Assembly: GCA_963744375.1 (NCBI GenBank)
Contig: CAVUTH010000008.1
Location: 6,746-70,745 of the forward strand
Direction of reading: 5' to 3'
Origin: an uncultured Chloroflexia bacterium
GTDB taxonomy: Bacteria > Chloroflexota > Anaerolineae > Anaerolineales > UBA4823
DNA: 64,000 nucleotides
The translations under genes were made by a program, and so were the position numbers. Numbering within the stretch: position 1 is the first letter of the stretch; each line of letters opens with the position of its first letter. This document shows positions 9,268-20,431 of the stretch, one piece after another. Under the pieces are notes generated by a model. That model was given only the letters and a program-made list of their open reading frames with translations, was not told the origin of the DNA and made no database searches.

Positions 9268-10155
9268 ATGAAGAACACGACTGTCAAGTTGTTCCAAGGG
9301 TCCTTGTATTTGATCGGATTGATTATCCTGGTGCTCGTACTGATCTTTGCTCTTTCCATACGACCACAAGTAAGCACCCAGGAGGATGGCATTCAATCCT
9401 TACAGGAACGCCTGGCTCGCACAGGTATTCCAATAAAAAGCCTGAAAGTCACCAGCCAATCACCTCTGGAAGTCGAAGTTATTATTAATAGCTCAGCAAG
9501 CGATGGTAAATTAAGTCATGAAGATGTATTGAATCAATTTCTTGCGGTGAGAGAAATCGAATTGGCTTATTTACATTTTGGCGCTTTAATCAACAGCTAC
9601 CGCCTGGTGCTTGAAACCAAAGAAGGCAATCCAATTTACGATAGTACCGTCTTCCTGAATCCTGACTTACCCTCTCAAAAATTAAGCCAGGCGCCACCTT
9701 CACCTGTCGATACCAGTAAAACGAAGCAAATATTAGAAAGCATGCTAGATTTTCGGGGATTAAAGCTATTGACTCTACAGGTGCCTTCTACATATCCCGC
9801 CAGCGATAACAGCAAGCTGGTCACGTTTGATCTTTCCACAGGGACTGCTGCCGAAAATACAGACAATGCCCAAATCCAGGAATTTCTGATGAGTTTACGC
9901 CAGCAAATTGAAGAGATTAACCAGCGTTCTGATACCGGCGTCGTGCTCTTCCATGTTCGTATCCTGGATTCGAATAATCGGCTATTAGTCGAATATCTGG
10001 AGGACATCGAAACCTGGAAACAGGTAACGTGGATAGACGAGACTTTTATAGCAGATTGGTATCCGCAACCCGCCCCAGACAGTAGCCCTGTACCCCAGGT
10101 TACACCATCGCCCGTAGTTTATCCTACACTACCGCCACAAAGCCCATATCCATAG
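9268..10155 (+). CDS. hypothetical membrane-anchored protein with Pro-rich C-terminus, AT-rich island
   Basis: 295-aa ORF with one N-terminal TM helix (LYLIGLIILVLVLIFAL) and a C-terminal tail PQPAPDSSPVPQVTPSPVVYPTLPPQSPYP. I recognise no family. Confidence 0.6.
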   Translation: MKNTTVKLFQGSLYLIGLIILVLVLIFALSIRPQVSTQEDGIQSLQERLARTGIPIKSLKVTSQSPLEVEVIINSSASDGKLSHEDVLNQFLAVREIELAYLHFGALINSYRLVLETKEGNPIYDSTVFLNPDLPSQKLSQAPPSPVDTSKTKQILESMLDFRGLKLLTLQVPSTYPASDNSKLVTFDLSTGTAAENTDNAQIQEFLMSLRQQIEEINQRSDTGVVLFHVRILDSNNRLLVEYLEDIETWKQVTWIDETFIADWYPQPAPDSSPVPQVTPSPVVYPTLPPQSPYP

Positions 10156-10608
10156 TTAATCGTTTGTGTCGCGCCTATGCCCGCCTGATCCCGGGTGCTG
10201 GTAGGTCGCGGCAAGTGCCAGCAGCGCCGCCACCGCCAGCATGCCTGGCGCCAGGATGGGGGAAGCCCCGTGCAGCGTTTCTGTGATGAGCTGGGCGGTG
10301 GTCGCATTGGGCTGGATTTCCTGCGCAAAGCCCAGGTTGGCCGACAGGTGCAGGAACAACCCCAGCGCGCTGCCCAGGATCGCCAGCAGCATGCTGCCCC
10401 GCAGCGCGTTCAGCGTGCCACGCGTGGGCCGCAGCAACACCACGATTGTCGCCACAACTCCCAGCCCGCACAGAATAAACGGGATCAACTGCTGCGCTTC
10501 GCCGGTATGCTCCTGAAAGATCAGCTCCACCATCGTCCCGGCGAACAGGAAGACGGCCATGGCGAGTAAGAAGGTGCGAAAAGTTTGCAGAAGTTTTTGA
10601 TTATCCAT
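10156..10608 (-). CDS. hypothetical four-TM membrane protein
   Basis: 150-aa ORF with four hydrophobic segments. It converges on the previous gene with no gap. Confidence 0.55.
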   Translation of the reverse strand: MDNQKLLQTFRTFLLAMAVFLFAGTMVELIFQEHTGEAQQLIPFILCGLGVVATIVVLLRPTRGTLNALRGSMLLAILGSALGLFLHLSANLGFAQEIQPNATTAQLITETLHGASPILAPGMLAVAALLALAATYQHPGSGGHRRDTND

Positions 10609-10623
10609 GAGTAAGCCTGGCCG

Positions 10624-11214
10624 TTAATCCAGATATCCTGCTGCCACCGCCGGATCCACCGCCGGCGCCAGCTCAGCCAGTTTGGCCAGGAAGGCCTCGT
10701 TCGAGCCGAAGGGGCGCGCCGCAATCAGCGCTGCCGCGGCCGCCTCATCCAGGCCGGGGATCTGCATCAGGGTGGCTGCGTCCAAGTCATCCACAGCCAC
10801 CGGTACGAAGACATACAGCTCATACTCGGCCACCTGGGCCTCGTCGACGTACTTGCCGATTTCCTGGCGGAACTGCTGGATGCTGATATAGGGGCGGTAC
10901 TCCAGGAACTCACGCACCATGCGGCTGCTGAAATTGGGGATGACGGCCAGGAAATCGTCACTGTTGGCGGCGTTCAGGTTGAGCCTGGTATTTTCTACGG
11001 CGGCTGGCGCCTCGATCGCCGCGTCGGTCGGCTGTATTTCTGGGGCGGTGGTGGCGGCCGCATCCAGCTGCACCGAAGTAGGGGTTGCTGCTGGTGCTTC
11101 CGTGAATACGGCTGGGGCCTCGCTGGGTGTGGCAGGGGTCGCGCAGGCCGCCAGCAGGCTCATGCCCAGCAGCGCCGGGATGAGCGTGCGTAGGGATAAC
11201 GATAGCTTATTCAT
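10624..11214 (-). CDS. helix-hairpin-helix (ComEA-like) repeat lipoprotein
   Basis: ORF 10624..11280. I prefer the ATG at 11214, giving MNKLSLSLRTLIPALLGMSLLAAC (lipobox). The C-terminal half reads LNLNAANSDDFLAVIPNFS...ATLMQIPGLDEAAAAALIAARPFGS, which resembles tandem HhH motifs. Confidence 0.55.
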   Translation of the reverse strand: MNKLSLSLRTLIPALLGMSLLAACATPATPSEAPAVFTEAPAATPTSVQLDAAATTAPEIQPTDAAIEAPAAVENTRLNLNAANSDDFLAVIPNFSSRMVREFLEYRPYISIQQFRQEIGKYVDEAQVAEYELYVFVPVAVDDLDAATLMQIPGLDEAAAAALIAARPFGSNEAFLAKLAELAPAVDPAVAAGYLD

Positions 11215-11400
11215 AGTGTACCTTTCAACAATCGTGAGATGGCATGGAGAGAATGTCTTCGGCAGCACCGGGACAGACAAACTTTATGATGTTTGTCTCC
11301 TATGCAGTTGGGATATGATACCCTGGGATTGTTCAGAAATTGTTAGCTTTTCTTAGGAATAAAATGAAGGCTTTCTGCAGCCATCCCGTTCATCCCTGTT

Positions 11401-11434
11401 AAATAAAAGTGGAAGCCGCCAGGGCGGCTTCCAC
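11401..11434 (-). terminator. Rho-independent terminator of the FKBP gene
   Basis: GC stem GTGGAAGCCGCC/GGCGGCTTCCAC followed on the minus strand by TTTTATTT. It lies 30 nt after the stop. Confidence 0.6.
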
Positions 11435-11465
11435 CGATGCTGATTTAGATCTAACCGAAATCGTC

Positions 11466-12714
11466 CTACGGCGCGACTTCGAGCAGCTCCACGTCGAAGA
11501 CCAGCGTGGCGTTGGCCGGGATCGGCCCGCTGCCGGTTTCGCCGTAAGCCAGGGCTGCCGGGATGCGCAGCTGGCGCTTGCCGCCCACCTGCATACCTGC
11601 CAGGCCCTCATCCCAACCTGGGATGACTCCGCCCTCGCCCAGGACGAAGGTGAAAGGCTCACCGCGGTCCACCGAGCTGTCGAACTGAGTGCCGTCTTCC
11701 AGCCAGCCGGTGTAGTGCACCGTCACGGTTTGGCCGGCTGCGGCGCTGGCGCCGTCGCCCTTAACGATGTCGTAATACTGCAGGCCGCTATCGGTGGTGG
11801 TGTAGTCCGCCGGGTCTACCTCGGTCTGCGTCACGGGCTCTTTCACGTCGGTCAGCGCGATCTCCATGATCAGCGTGGCGTTCGGCGGAATGGCGTTGGC
11901 GCCCTGCTCGCCCAGTGCAATTTCCGGCGGGATGACCAGCTGGCGCGTGCCGCCCACTTTCATGCCCTGCACACCTTCTTCCCAACCGGGGAAGACCGTG
12001 TCGCCGCCGCCAACCTTGAAGCTGATCGGCTGGCCTTCTGGCGAGCTGACAATGTATTCGTTGGCTCCCTCGCCCTGCACCCAGATGGTGTACGTGGTGG
12101 ACACGACGCTATCACTCTTCGCCTCGGCGCCATCGCCTTCGGTGATGTCGTAGTACTTCAGTCCGCTATCGGTGGTGGTCATGTCCGACTCAGACACCTC
12201 GGCAGGCATGGGCGGCTCTTCCACGGAGAGGAGCTCGACATCCAGCACGATCTGGCTGTTGGGCGGAACGCTGCCGTAGCCTTGCTCGCCAAAGGCCAGC
12301 TCTGCGGGGACCGCCATCTTGGCAGTGCCGCCGGCTTTCATCAGCGCCAGGCCTTCTTCCCAGCCGGGGAGCAGCTCATCGCGGCCCATGACGGCTTTGA
12401 TCGGCTGGCCAGAATTCCTGGCTGTTAATCACCTGCGTGCCGTCCGGTAGTGAGAGCACGAAGTTCATGGTCAGTATATCGCCGTCCTGCGGCGTGCGTC
12501 CGTCGCCGGCTACCTGCTCCAGGTACTGTACGCCGTTGGCGGTTGTTTCGGCGCCTTCCAGCGTGATGCTGGTGGGAGCGGCTGGCCCACTAATTTCCGG
12601 GACCTCGGTCGGCAGCAGTTCATCAGGAATGGGGGTGGCCGCCTGGCAGGCAGCCAGGGCGGTGGTCAGGATAATCAGGATCGACACGGCGATCCAACGG
12701 GTATTTCTCTTCAC
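11466..12714 (-). CDS. FKBP-type peptidyl-prolyl isomerase lipoprotein with three tandem FKBP domains (one frameshift)
   Basis: ORF 12376..12714 supplies the lipoprotein signal (ILTTALAAC) and the first half of domain 1. ORF 11466..12389 supplies the rest. The motif GWEEG..MK.GG......P...A.G..G...IPPN..L....EL recurs three times. The frame changes near 12395-12415. Confidence 0.8.
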
Positions 12715-12937
12715 AATATGCTCCTATGAAATAATTCGGCCGCGCCGGCAAACGACCGGCGCGTATTAAACCGTAGAATTTTATCATGAATAAGGAAGAG
12801 TCGTATAAAACTGGAAGCCTGCAATCCCCTTATGGCGTCCTTAAGGTTCTTTTAAGGGGCGAAAACCGATCTGGATTTGAAGCCGGCTATGCGGATCAAG
12901 GCGGCGCTTAGCGCTCCATACCGGGATTGCCCGTGAA

Positions 12938-12982
12938 AAGAAAACTACCGGACTGCGTGGAATGCCGTCCGGTAGTTTTCTT
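12938..12982. terminator. bidirectional Rho-independent terminator
   Basis: Stem AAAACTACCGGAC/GTCCGGTAGTTTT with A/T runs on both sides. It lies 25 nt downstream of the protease stop. Confidence 0.65.
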
Positions 12983-13006
12983 AGCTCTTTCAGTCAATAG
13001 CGGGGG

Positions 13007-13822
13007 CTATGGCGCCATAAAGGTCGCCAGCCAGTCCAGGTCGTCCGCCCGATCCACCCGGTAAACACCGCCGGTCCCGGCGCAGTTGCCGTTCATGCCG
13101 AAGGAGGTCACCCCGGCAAGCACACTGCTGCTGCCGATGAAGTTGGGGCCGCCCGAATCGCCGAAGCAGGTCCCGCCGGTGTTGGTATTGTTGGAGAGCA
13201 GCAGAGAGTAATCGCCCACTATGCCGCCATTGATCTGGATCAGGCGAGGAGTCGCCACCATCCGCATGCGGACGTTGTTTTCCTTCCATGCAGCCGCACT
13301 CGGGAAACTCATCTGCAGCCCGTAGCCCACCGCCGTAAAGGTATTATCTTGCTTACCCCTCTGAGTCTTCAGGACATCCAGTACATTCAAAGCGGGCAGC
13401 ACGCCGTACTCCGCCATGTACACGGGCTCCTCCAGGACCACAACCCCCAGGTCATACAGGTAGAACGCATTGGGGTCGAATGACGGATGAGTGTAGGGGG
13501 TGCCTTCGATCGCCCCACTGCCTGCGCCGCCATACGGGTAAAGCGGGTAGGGGACATTATCATAGGTCATATCCGCATAGAACCACACGCGTGCATCTGT
13601 TGCGCCATCCGTGCAGTGCCCGGCGGTCAAAAAGATCGTGGGTGAGATCAGGGTGCCGCTGCAGCGCCAGGCGGGTTCGCCATCTACATCCGCGATCATC
13701 AGCCCGACATACGGGTGGCCTTCGCCATCCAGCTCGCCATCCGTGACCGCGCCGGCATACCCAAAGACGGCAAATGCCAGGATAACCACGAGCGCCAGAG
13801 AAACGACAGCTTTTTTCATCAT
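13007..13822 (-). CDS. secreted trypsin-like (S1 family) serine protease
   Basis: 271-aa ORF with a signal peptide. It has the catalytic His context LTAGHC and the Ser context CFGDSGGP. Confidence 0.85.
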   Translation of the reverse strand: MMKKAVVSLALVVILAFAVFGYAGAVTDGELDGEGHPYVGLMIADVDGEPAWRCSGTLISPTIFLTAGHCTDGATDARVWFYADMTYDNVPYPLYPYGGAGSGAIEGTPYTHPSFDPNAFYLYDLGVVVLEEPVYMAEYGVLPALNVLDVLKTQRGKQDNTFTAVGYGLQMSFPSAAAWKENNVRMRMVATPRLIQINGGIVGDYSLLLSNNTNTGGTCFGDSGGPNFIGSSSVLAGVTSFGMNGNCAGTGGVYRVDRADDLDWLATFMAP

Positions 13823-13897
13823 CAGTCTCCTTTTCTATTTAACAGTGTTTGCATAATATTTGGCCCCCATACGTGTTATTGATATTATACTATCGAT

Positions 13898-15127
13898 ATG
13901 GTCACCGATTTTCTGCTGCTGATTATCCCCTCGCTGGCAGTGATGGGAGGCGCCTGGTGGGCCGGCCGCTCGGGCCAGCCGCAAGGCGCCCGCCGCCGCC
14001 TGTTACTTCTGCTGGCGGGGGCGGTACTGCTGGTGGCCTTGCTGGCTGCCCTGATCTGGTTCAATCCTTACGGGCGCAGCATCTCCAGCTCACTGGCGGC
14101 TTTCGGCCTGCTGCCGGTGCTGGTTGCTCTGTTTGTACTGCTGCTCAACCGGCCGGCGCAGTGGCTTGGTCTGTGGCGCAGCGATCGCCTGCTGCTGTCC
14201 ATCCTGCTGATCTTGCTCCTGGTGGCTTTCGGCTGGCTTTACGCCGCCCAGCCCTCCACCTTCTGGCTGGTTGTGGGGTTAACCGCATCCTTTGGGGTTG
14301 TTTGGTGGTTGGGGACGCGTCCCGGATTGGCGCTGCCAATGGTGGTGGGAGGTATCGCCCTGGTATGCATCTTCCTGGGAGGCGGCGGCTGGCTATACCT
14401 GCCCGGTATGCTGGCGCCGGAATGGCTGCGTATCGGCCTGAGCATAGCCGCTGGACTGTCTATGGTGCTGTGCATCTTCCTGGCAGCCGCTTTGCTGTAT
14501 GCCGCTCTGCGCAACGGGCTGCCGCTGCAGCGGCGCCATGCTTTACCCCGCCTGGCTTTGGGCTTCTTCCTGGTGCTGGGCAGCGCTTACTATATTCTGT
14601 GGGATGGCATCTGGTCTTCCGCCCATGCCCGCGCTTTTGAAGATCACTGGCCGTTCGCCCAGTTCCTGTTCAGCCTGCTGGCCGGATTGGTGATCTTCTT
14701 CCTGCTGCGCGGCCGTCTGCGCCTGGCAGGACCGGGGTTTACCGTGTTCGTGACCGCCGTCTATTTCATCGCCCTGTCTGCCGGCTGGCGCATCTCGGCT
14801 TTCGCCATCACCGAGCACCGGGCCGAGAGGGTAGAGGCTGCCTTGCAAGCCTATTATCAGGATCATGGGCAGTACCCGGCGCAGCTTGGCGACCTGACGC
14901 CCCGCTACCAGCGCCTGTTCCTACCGCCGGTAGTTGTGAGCGTTGGCGGCTGGTGCTACCAGGGCAGCGGCGACGCCTACCGCCTGGGTTATGTCAGCGG
15001 AGAGTTCACCTACTCTGAATCTGAGTTCTTCACCCAGATTTTTTCCAAATCCGGCGATCCGGACCAGGGCGAATGGGACTGCGAATCATTGGTGCGTCGC
15101 CTGCAGGCTGGCGGGATTTTGTATTGA
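13898..15127 (+). CDS. hypothetical polytopic membrane protein with soluble C-terminal domain
   Basis: 409-aa ORF with roughly 9-10 hydrophobic helices, followed by about 110 soluble residues (AERVEAALQAYYQDHGQYPAQLGDL...). I recognise no family. Confidence 0.55.
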   Translation: MVTDFLLLIIPSLAVMGGAWWAGRSGQPQGARRRLLLLLAGAVLLVALLAALIWFNPYGRSISSSLAAFGLLPVLVALFVLLLNRPAQWLGLWRSDRLLLSILLILLLVAFGWLYAAQPSTFWLVVGLTASFGVVWWLGTRPGLALPMVVGGIALVCIFLGGGGWLYLPGMLAPEWLRIGLSIAAGLSMVLCIFLAAALLYAALRNGLPLQRRHALPRLALGFFLVLGSAYYILWDGIWSSAHARAFEDHWPFAQFLFSLLAGLVIFFLLRGRLRLAGPGFTVFVTAVYFIALSAGWRISAFAITEHRAERVEAALQAYYQDHGQYPAQLGDLTPRYQRLFLPPVVVSVGGWCYQGSGDAYRLGYVSGEFTYSESEFFTQIFSKSGDPDQGEWDCESLVRRLQAGGILY

Positions 15128-15140
15128 ATTCAGGTGAGTC

Positions 15141-15413
15141 GTGGATCTACAGCAAATCCTCTTGGAAATCCATTCCCTGGAAGAAGAACTTCTGGCTTTT
15201 GAGCGAAAATACGGAGTCCGCTCGGAGATTTTTCATGTGGCATATATGAATGGGGAAGAACCAGAAGATGATGCCTGGGTGGCCGACTTTACAGATTGGG
15301 CCAGCGTTTATGAGACCTGGCAGACGCGTGATTCCCAGTATCGCGTTGAGATTAAAACTCTTCAGACGAAGCAGGATAGCTTGGTTGGATTAATTCATGT
15401 CCGATATGGATGA
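15141..15413 (+). CDS. small hypothetical acidic protein
   Basis: 90-aa ORF with a GTG start, immediately downstream of the membrane protein. Its composition is lower in GC. I recognise no family. Confidence 0.4.
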   Translation: MDLQQILLEIHSLEEELLAFERKYGVRSEIFHVAYMNGEEPEDDAWVADFTDWASVYETWQTRDSQYRVEIKTLQTKQDSLVGLIHVRYG

Positions 15414-16415
15414 GAACTCCATTTTATTTTCCGATACTCTGGCAGTTCACCACCTGGGTGAGCTCGAACCCGACGCGCTGGACTCCTGAGCACGCTGCTC
15501 GACCCGCGCATCCGCCTGAGCAGCGGCCCCGACCTTCCCGAACCGGCCGACTTCCAGGTGCTGGTCGCCGGGCGGCCCGAGCGCCGCCAGCTGCTCGCCA
15601 GCCCCAATCTACGGTTGCTCGTCATTCCCTGGGCGGGGCTGCCGCCCGAAACCCGCAGCTTGCTGCTCGATTACCCGCACATCGCCGTCCACAACCTGCA
15701 CCACAACGCCGCCCTGACCTCCGAGCTGGCTATTGCCCTGCTGCTGTCGGCTGCCAAGCTGATTATTCCCTACGACCGGGCGCTGCGCCTGAACGACTGG
15801 ACACTGCGTTACGCCGCGCCGCAGGCCCTGGTGCTGCAGGGCAAGACTGCCCTGATCCTGGGATTCGGCCATATTGGGCAGCATATTGGTCGGGCCTGCC
15901 ATGCGTTGGGCATGCGCGTGCTGGCTGTCAAACGCAGCCCGGGAACTCTGCCCGAGCTGGACTACCCGGCCGAAATCCACCCGCCGGCAGCCCTGCACAA
16001 CCTGCTGCCGTTGGCGCAGGCGGTTCTGGTGGCGCTGCCCAACACGCCGCATACCGAAGGACTGCTGGGCGAGACCGAGCTGCGCCTGATGCCGCCCGGA
16101 GGGCTGCTGGTGAATATTGCCCGCGGCCCGGTGGTCGATCAGGGCGCTCTTTACCGGGCGCTGCACGACGGGCACCTGCATGCCGCCGGATTGGACGTCT
16201 GGTATCACTACCCTGCAACGCCTGAAGCCCGCTCGAACACGCCGCCTGCCGATTTCCCCTTCCACGAGCTGGATAACCTGGTGCTGAGCCCGCACCGGGC
16301 CGGGCTGGCCGTCGAGACGGAAGCGCTGCGCATGCAAGCCCTGGCCGAGCTGCTCAACGCCGCCTGTCGTGGGGAGCAGGTTCCCAACCGGGTGGATGTT
16401 GCGGCGGGTTATTAA
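15397..16415 (+). CDS. D-isomer-specific 2-hydroxyacid dehydrogenase family protein (one frameshift near 15483)
   Basis: ORF 15558..16415 carries the NAD-binding GFGHIGQHIGRA motif, ARGPVVD and the catalytic region. The N-terminal about 30 aa (MSDMDENSILFSDTLAVHHLGELEPDALD) are in another frame starting at the ATG at 15397. Confidence 0.8.
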
Positions 16416-16421
16416 AAAAAT

Positions 16422-16451
16422 CAGGGCGAGGGATTGCTGCTCCTCGCCCTG
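16422..16451. terminator. hairpin between convergent genes
   Basis: CAGGGCGAGG...CCTCGCCCTG preceded by an A7 run. It sits between stops at 16415 (+) and 16472 (-). Confidence 0.5.
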
Positions 16452-16471
16452 CGATCAAAGATCATAAACGA

Positions 16472-16768
16472 CTAAAGAAACAGTCCAATCACCCAGTTGA
16501 GCAGCCAGGCGACCACCGACATGGCGATGGCCGCGATGATCGCGCCGCCGTAACCTTTAACGGTCAGGCCCTTGACCCACCTGCCGGCCAGCAGCAAAAC
16601 AGCAGCCGCGATCAAGAGGGTCACCAGGGGGCCGCACAAAGCGCCACCAAAGGTAAAGCCCAGTGCCTGGAGTATCCAGGTAACCAGCCACGACAGGACT
16701 GCAATGACGATTGCAGCTACGAAGGCGGCGCCAAAGCCGCTGACTTCCATAATATACACATTTCCCAC
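16472..16768 (-). CDS. small four-TM membrane protein (phage holin family IV-like)
   Basis: 98-aa ORF that is almost entirely hydrophobic with Gly/Ala-rich helices (GFGAAFVAAIVIAVLSWLVTWIL...). It resembles the superfamily IV holin / DUF-type membrane proteins. Confidence 0.5.
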   Translation of the reverse strand: MGNVYIMEVSGFGAAFVAAIVIAVLSWLVTWILQALGFTFGGALCGPLVTLLIAAAVLLLAGRWVKGLTVKGYGGAIIAAIAMSVVAWLLNWVIGLFL

Positions 16769-16839
16769 ACTACTTCTTCACAATTTCATAACAATCTTGC
16801 GGTATCCTGAGGATGTGAGCGGAAACAATCTCCGGAGGA

Positions 16840-18234
16840 ATGAAAAATATGAGTAGAAAAGCAATTTTTTGGATTGTTGGCATTGTCCTTGTCGCGGGTC
16901 TGGCCGCAGGCGGCTACTATTATTTCACCACACAGGCGGCGCAGGCTGAAAGTGAAGCCGCAGCCGAGGCCGAGCTGCAGACCGCGGTGGCCCGCTTGGG
17001 CGAGCTGACGGTCCTGGCCAGCGGCACCGGACAGGTGACTCCGACCAGCGAGATCGGCGTCGGTTTTGACGAAAGCGGCACGCTGATCGAGCTCAATGTC
17101 GCTCCGGGTGATGCCGTCCAGCCGGGGCAGGTGCTGGCCCGTTTGCAAACCAAGAACAGCGAACAGGATATTGCCGCATCTATCTCAGATGCCGAGCTGA
17201 ACGTGATCCGCGCCCGGCAGAGCCTGGACGACCTGTACACCAACGCCGAGCTCAACCGCACCACCGCCCTGAACAGCATCGCCGAGTATGCCCAGGCAGT
17301 GCGCGATGCCCAATATACGCTGGATAACTATACGCTGACGGCCGAGCAGGAAAAGATGGATGCCATCGAAGCCCTGGATATCATGCAGCAGAGGCTGGAG
17401 CAGGCTACCGCCGCTTTTGAGCCTTATCGCTACCTGGAGATTACCAACGAAACGCGAACGGATCGGCTCACGGCGCTTACCCTTGCTCAAACCAATTTCG
17501 ACGCAGCCGTCAAGCGCTTGAACTACGAATACGCCCTGCAGGTGGCTAAAGTGAACCTGGATAAAGCCCGCCAGGAGTACGAGCAGTATACCGCCGGGCC
17601 GGCCGCCGACGACCTGGAGCTGGCGCAAGCCGAGCTGGCCAATGCTGAAGCCAAGCTGGCCCTGGCGCAAGAAGCCCAGTCGATTATCGAGCTCAAAGCG
17701 CCCATCGCCGGCACTGTTATGGCGGTGGATGCCAGCCTGGGCGAAGTGCTGAGCACTGCTGCCATTATCACTCTGGCCGACCTGGAGATACCCACCCTGG
17801 ATGTTTACCTGGATGAGACGGATTTAGATAAGGCGGTTGTCGGCTACGACGCCGAGGTGGTCTTCGATGCCCTGCCGGATCAAAGCTTTACTGGTAAAGT
17901 GGTCAGCGTCAGTCCCGGATTGCAGTCGGTGGGCAACACCCAGGCGGTGCTGCTGCGCGTCCAGCTCGATACGGCCGGTGTGCAGGTCAACCTGCCGGTC
18001 GGCTTGAACGCAGCCGTAGATATCGTCGCCGGGAGGGCAGAAAATGCCGTCCTGGTGCCGGTGGAAGCATTGCGCGACCTGGGCGACGGGCAGTATGCCG
18101 TCTTCGTCATGGAAAACGGCGAGCCGACCCTGCGTGTGGTCGAAGTGGGTCTGATGGATGTCACCTATGCCGAGATCCTTTCCGGTCTGGAAGCGGGTGA
18201 GGAAGTCACCACCGGCATTGCGCAGACCCAATAA
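16840..18234 (+). CDS. HlyD/MacA-type periplasmic adaptor (membrane fusion protein)
   Basis: 464-aa ORF with an N-terminal TM anchor, a long coiled-coil hairpin and C-terminal beta-barrel domains (IIELKAPIAGTVMAV...). It is followed by the ABC ATPase and the FtsX permease. Confidence 0.85.
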   Translation: MKNMSRKAIFWIVGIVLVAGLAAGGYYYFTTQAAQAESEAAAEAELQTAVARLGELTVLASGTGQVTPTSEIGVGFDESGTLIELNVAPGDAVQPGQVLARLQTKNSEQDIAASISDAELNVIRARQSLDDLYTNAELNRTTALNSIAEYAQAVRDAQYTLDNYTLTAEQEKMDAIEALDIMQQRLEQATAAFEPYRYLEITNETRTDRLTALTLAQTNFDAAVKRLNYEYALQVAKVNLDKARQEYEQYTAGPAADDLELAQAELANAEAKLALAQEAQSIIELKAPIAGTVMAVDASLGEVLSTAAIITLADLEIPTLDVYLDETDLDKAVVGYDAEVVFDALPDQSFTGKVVSVSPGLQSVGNTQAVLLRVQLDTAGVQVNLPVGLNAAVDIVAGRAENAVLVPVEALRDLGDGQYAVFVMENGEPTLRVVEVGLMDVTYAEILSGLEAGEEVTTGIAQTQ

Positions 18235-18263
18235 GAAGTATTTACTATGAACCCATATGGAGT

Positions 18264-18325
18264 TGTCATCCTGAGCGCAGCGAAGGATCTAGATTCTTCA
18301 GTCGCTGCTCTCCTTCAGAATGACA
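18264..18325 (+). repeat. interspersed palindromic (REP/MITE-like) element, short variant, copy E
   Basis: TGTCATCCTGAGCGCAGCGAAGGATCTAGAT...TCCTTCAGAATGACA. The arms are related to copies A-D. It ends 13 nt before the ATG at 18339. Confidence 0.45.
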
Positions 18326-18338
18326 GGGAGTAGGCTGT

Positions 18339-19077
<739 letters not shown>

Positions 19078-19091
<14 letters not shown>

Positions 19092-20316
19092 AGTCATCCA
19101 GATCGCCTGGAAGGGCCTGACCAAAAACAAGCTGCGCTCGCTGCTCACCATGCTGGGCGTGATCATCGGTGTGGCGGCAGTCATCATCATGATCGCCATC
19201 AGCGCCGGCACCGAGGCGGCCATCGAAGAGCAGATCACCTCCCTGGGCAGCAACCTGATTTTCGTCTCACAGAGCTTCCAGCGCATGGGCTTTGGCCCTG
19301 GGCAGCGAGCGGAGGAGGGCGGCGGCCTGGTCTACGACGATGCCTTTGCCATCGCCGACCAGGTGGAGGGTGTGACCAATGTGGCGGTCGAGCAGGAGAG
19401 CATGGAAACGGTGGAAGCCGGCAATGCTTCGCTCAACTCGGTGCAGATCCTGGGCACCACGCCGGATTTCCCCGAAGTGCGCGATATGAGCCTGGATCAG
19501 GGGCGCTACTTCACCCAGCAGGAAGTCGACCGCAAGCAAAAAGTGGCCGTCCTGGGTTCTTCCCTGGCGGAAGAGCTGTTCGGCGAGCAGACTGCCGTCG
19601 GCCAGACGGTAAGCGTTGGCGATACCAAGCTGGCCGTGATCGGCGTCTTCGAAGAGCGCGGCCTGGTGGGCAATGTTGATTTCGACATGCGCCTGTACAC
19701 CCCCATCACGGTCGTCTTCCAAAAGTTCACCCCTTCCTTCATGGCGCGCGTCATGGGCGACCGGGTGCGCATGATCTATGTCAAGGTAGACGACTCGAAA
19801 GCACTGGACGATATCATCCTGCAGATCCAGCTGCTGCTGGCCAAGCGCCACGACGTCAGCCTGGAAGAAGCCGACTTCACCATCACCACCCAGCAGGATA
19901 TCATCAGCACCCAGGAATCGACCACCGCGGCTTTCCGCGACCTGCTGGCCTGGGTGGCGGCGGTTTCGCTGGTGGTGGGCGGCATCGGCATTATGAACAT
20001 CATGCTGGTCAGCGTTACCGAGCGCACGCGCGAGATCGGTTTGCGCCAGGCGGTAGGCGCCGCGCCCAATGACATCCGCTGGCAGTTCCTCACCGAAGCC
20101 CTGCTCTTGAGCATGGTCGGCGGCCTGATCGGTGTGCTGGTTGGGGTGGGCGGCGCCTGGCTGTTTGGCCAGCTGGGCGGCATGCGCACCGTCATCGTCC
20201 CCAGCTCGGTGCTGATCGCTTTCGCCTCCGCCGCGGCAGTGGGCGTGTTCTTCGGCTTCTACCCCGCCAACAAAGCCGCCCAGCTGGACCCGATCGAGGC
20301 GTTGAGGCATGAGTGA
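19078..20316 (+). CDS. ABC transporter permease, MacB/FtsX family
   Basis: 412-aa ORF overlapping the ATPase by 14 nt. It has an N-terminal TM, a large periplasmic domain and a C-terminal FtsX-like three-TM bundle (GIGIMNIMLVSVTERTREIGLRQAVGA). Confidence 0.9.
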
Positions 20317-20431
20317 TCGACGGACGACCGACGGCCGATCCCGCGAGAGAACGTCGCGGGACTGCGCCGCCGACGGGGACTGACGCGACGACGGTCCCGC
20401 GCAAGAACATCTCGGGATTCACGCCGGTGAT

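Noticed and set aside
12715-13006. Possible ncRNA or riboswitch in the 290-nt spacer upstream of the FKBP gene (several small hairpins).
   Set aside because: Apart from the clear terminator at 12938-12982, I could not match the sequence to any RNA family by eye. The evidence is insufficient to call a feature.
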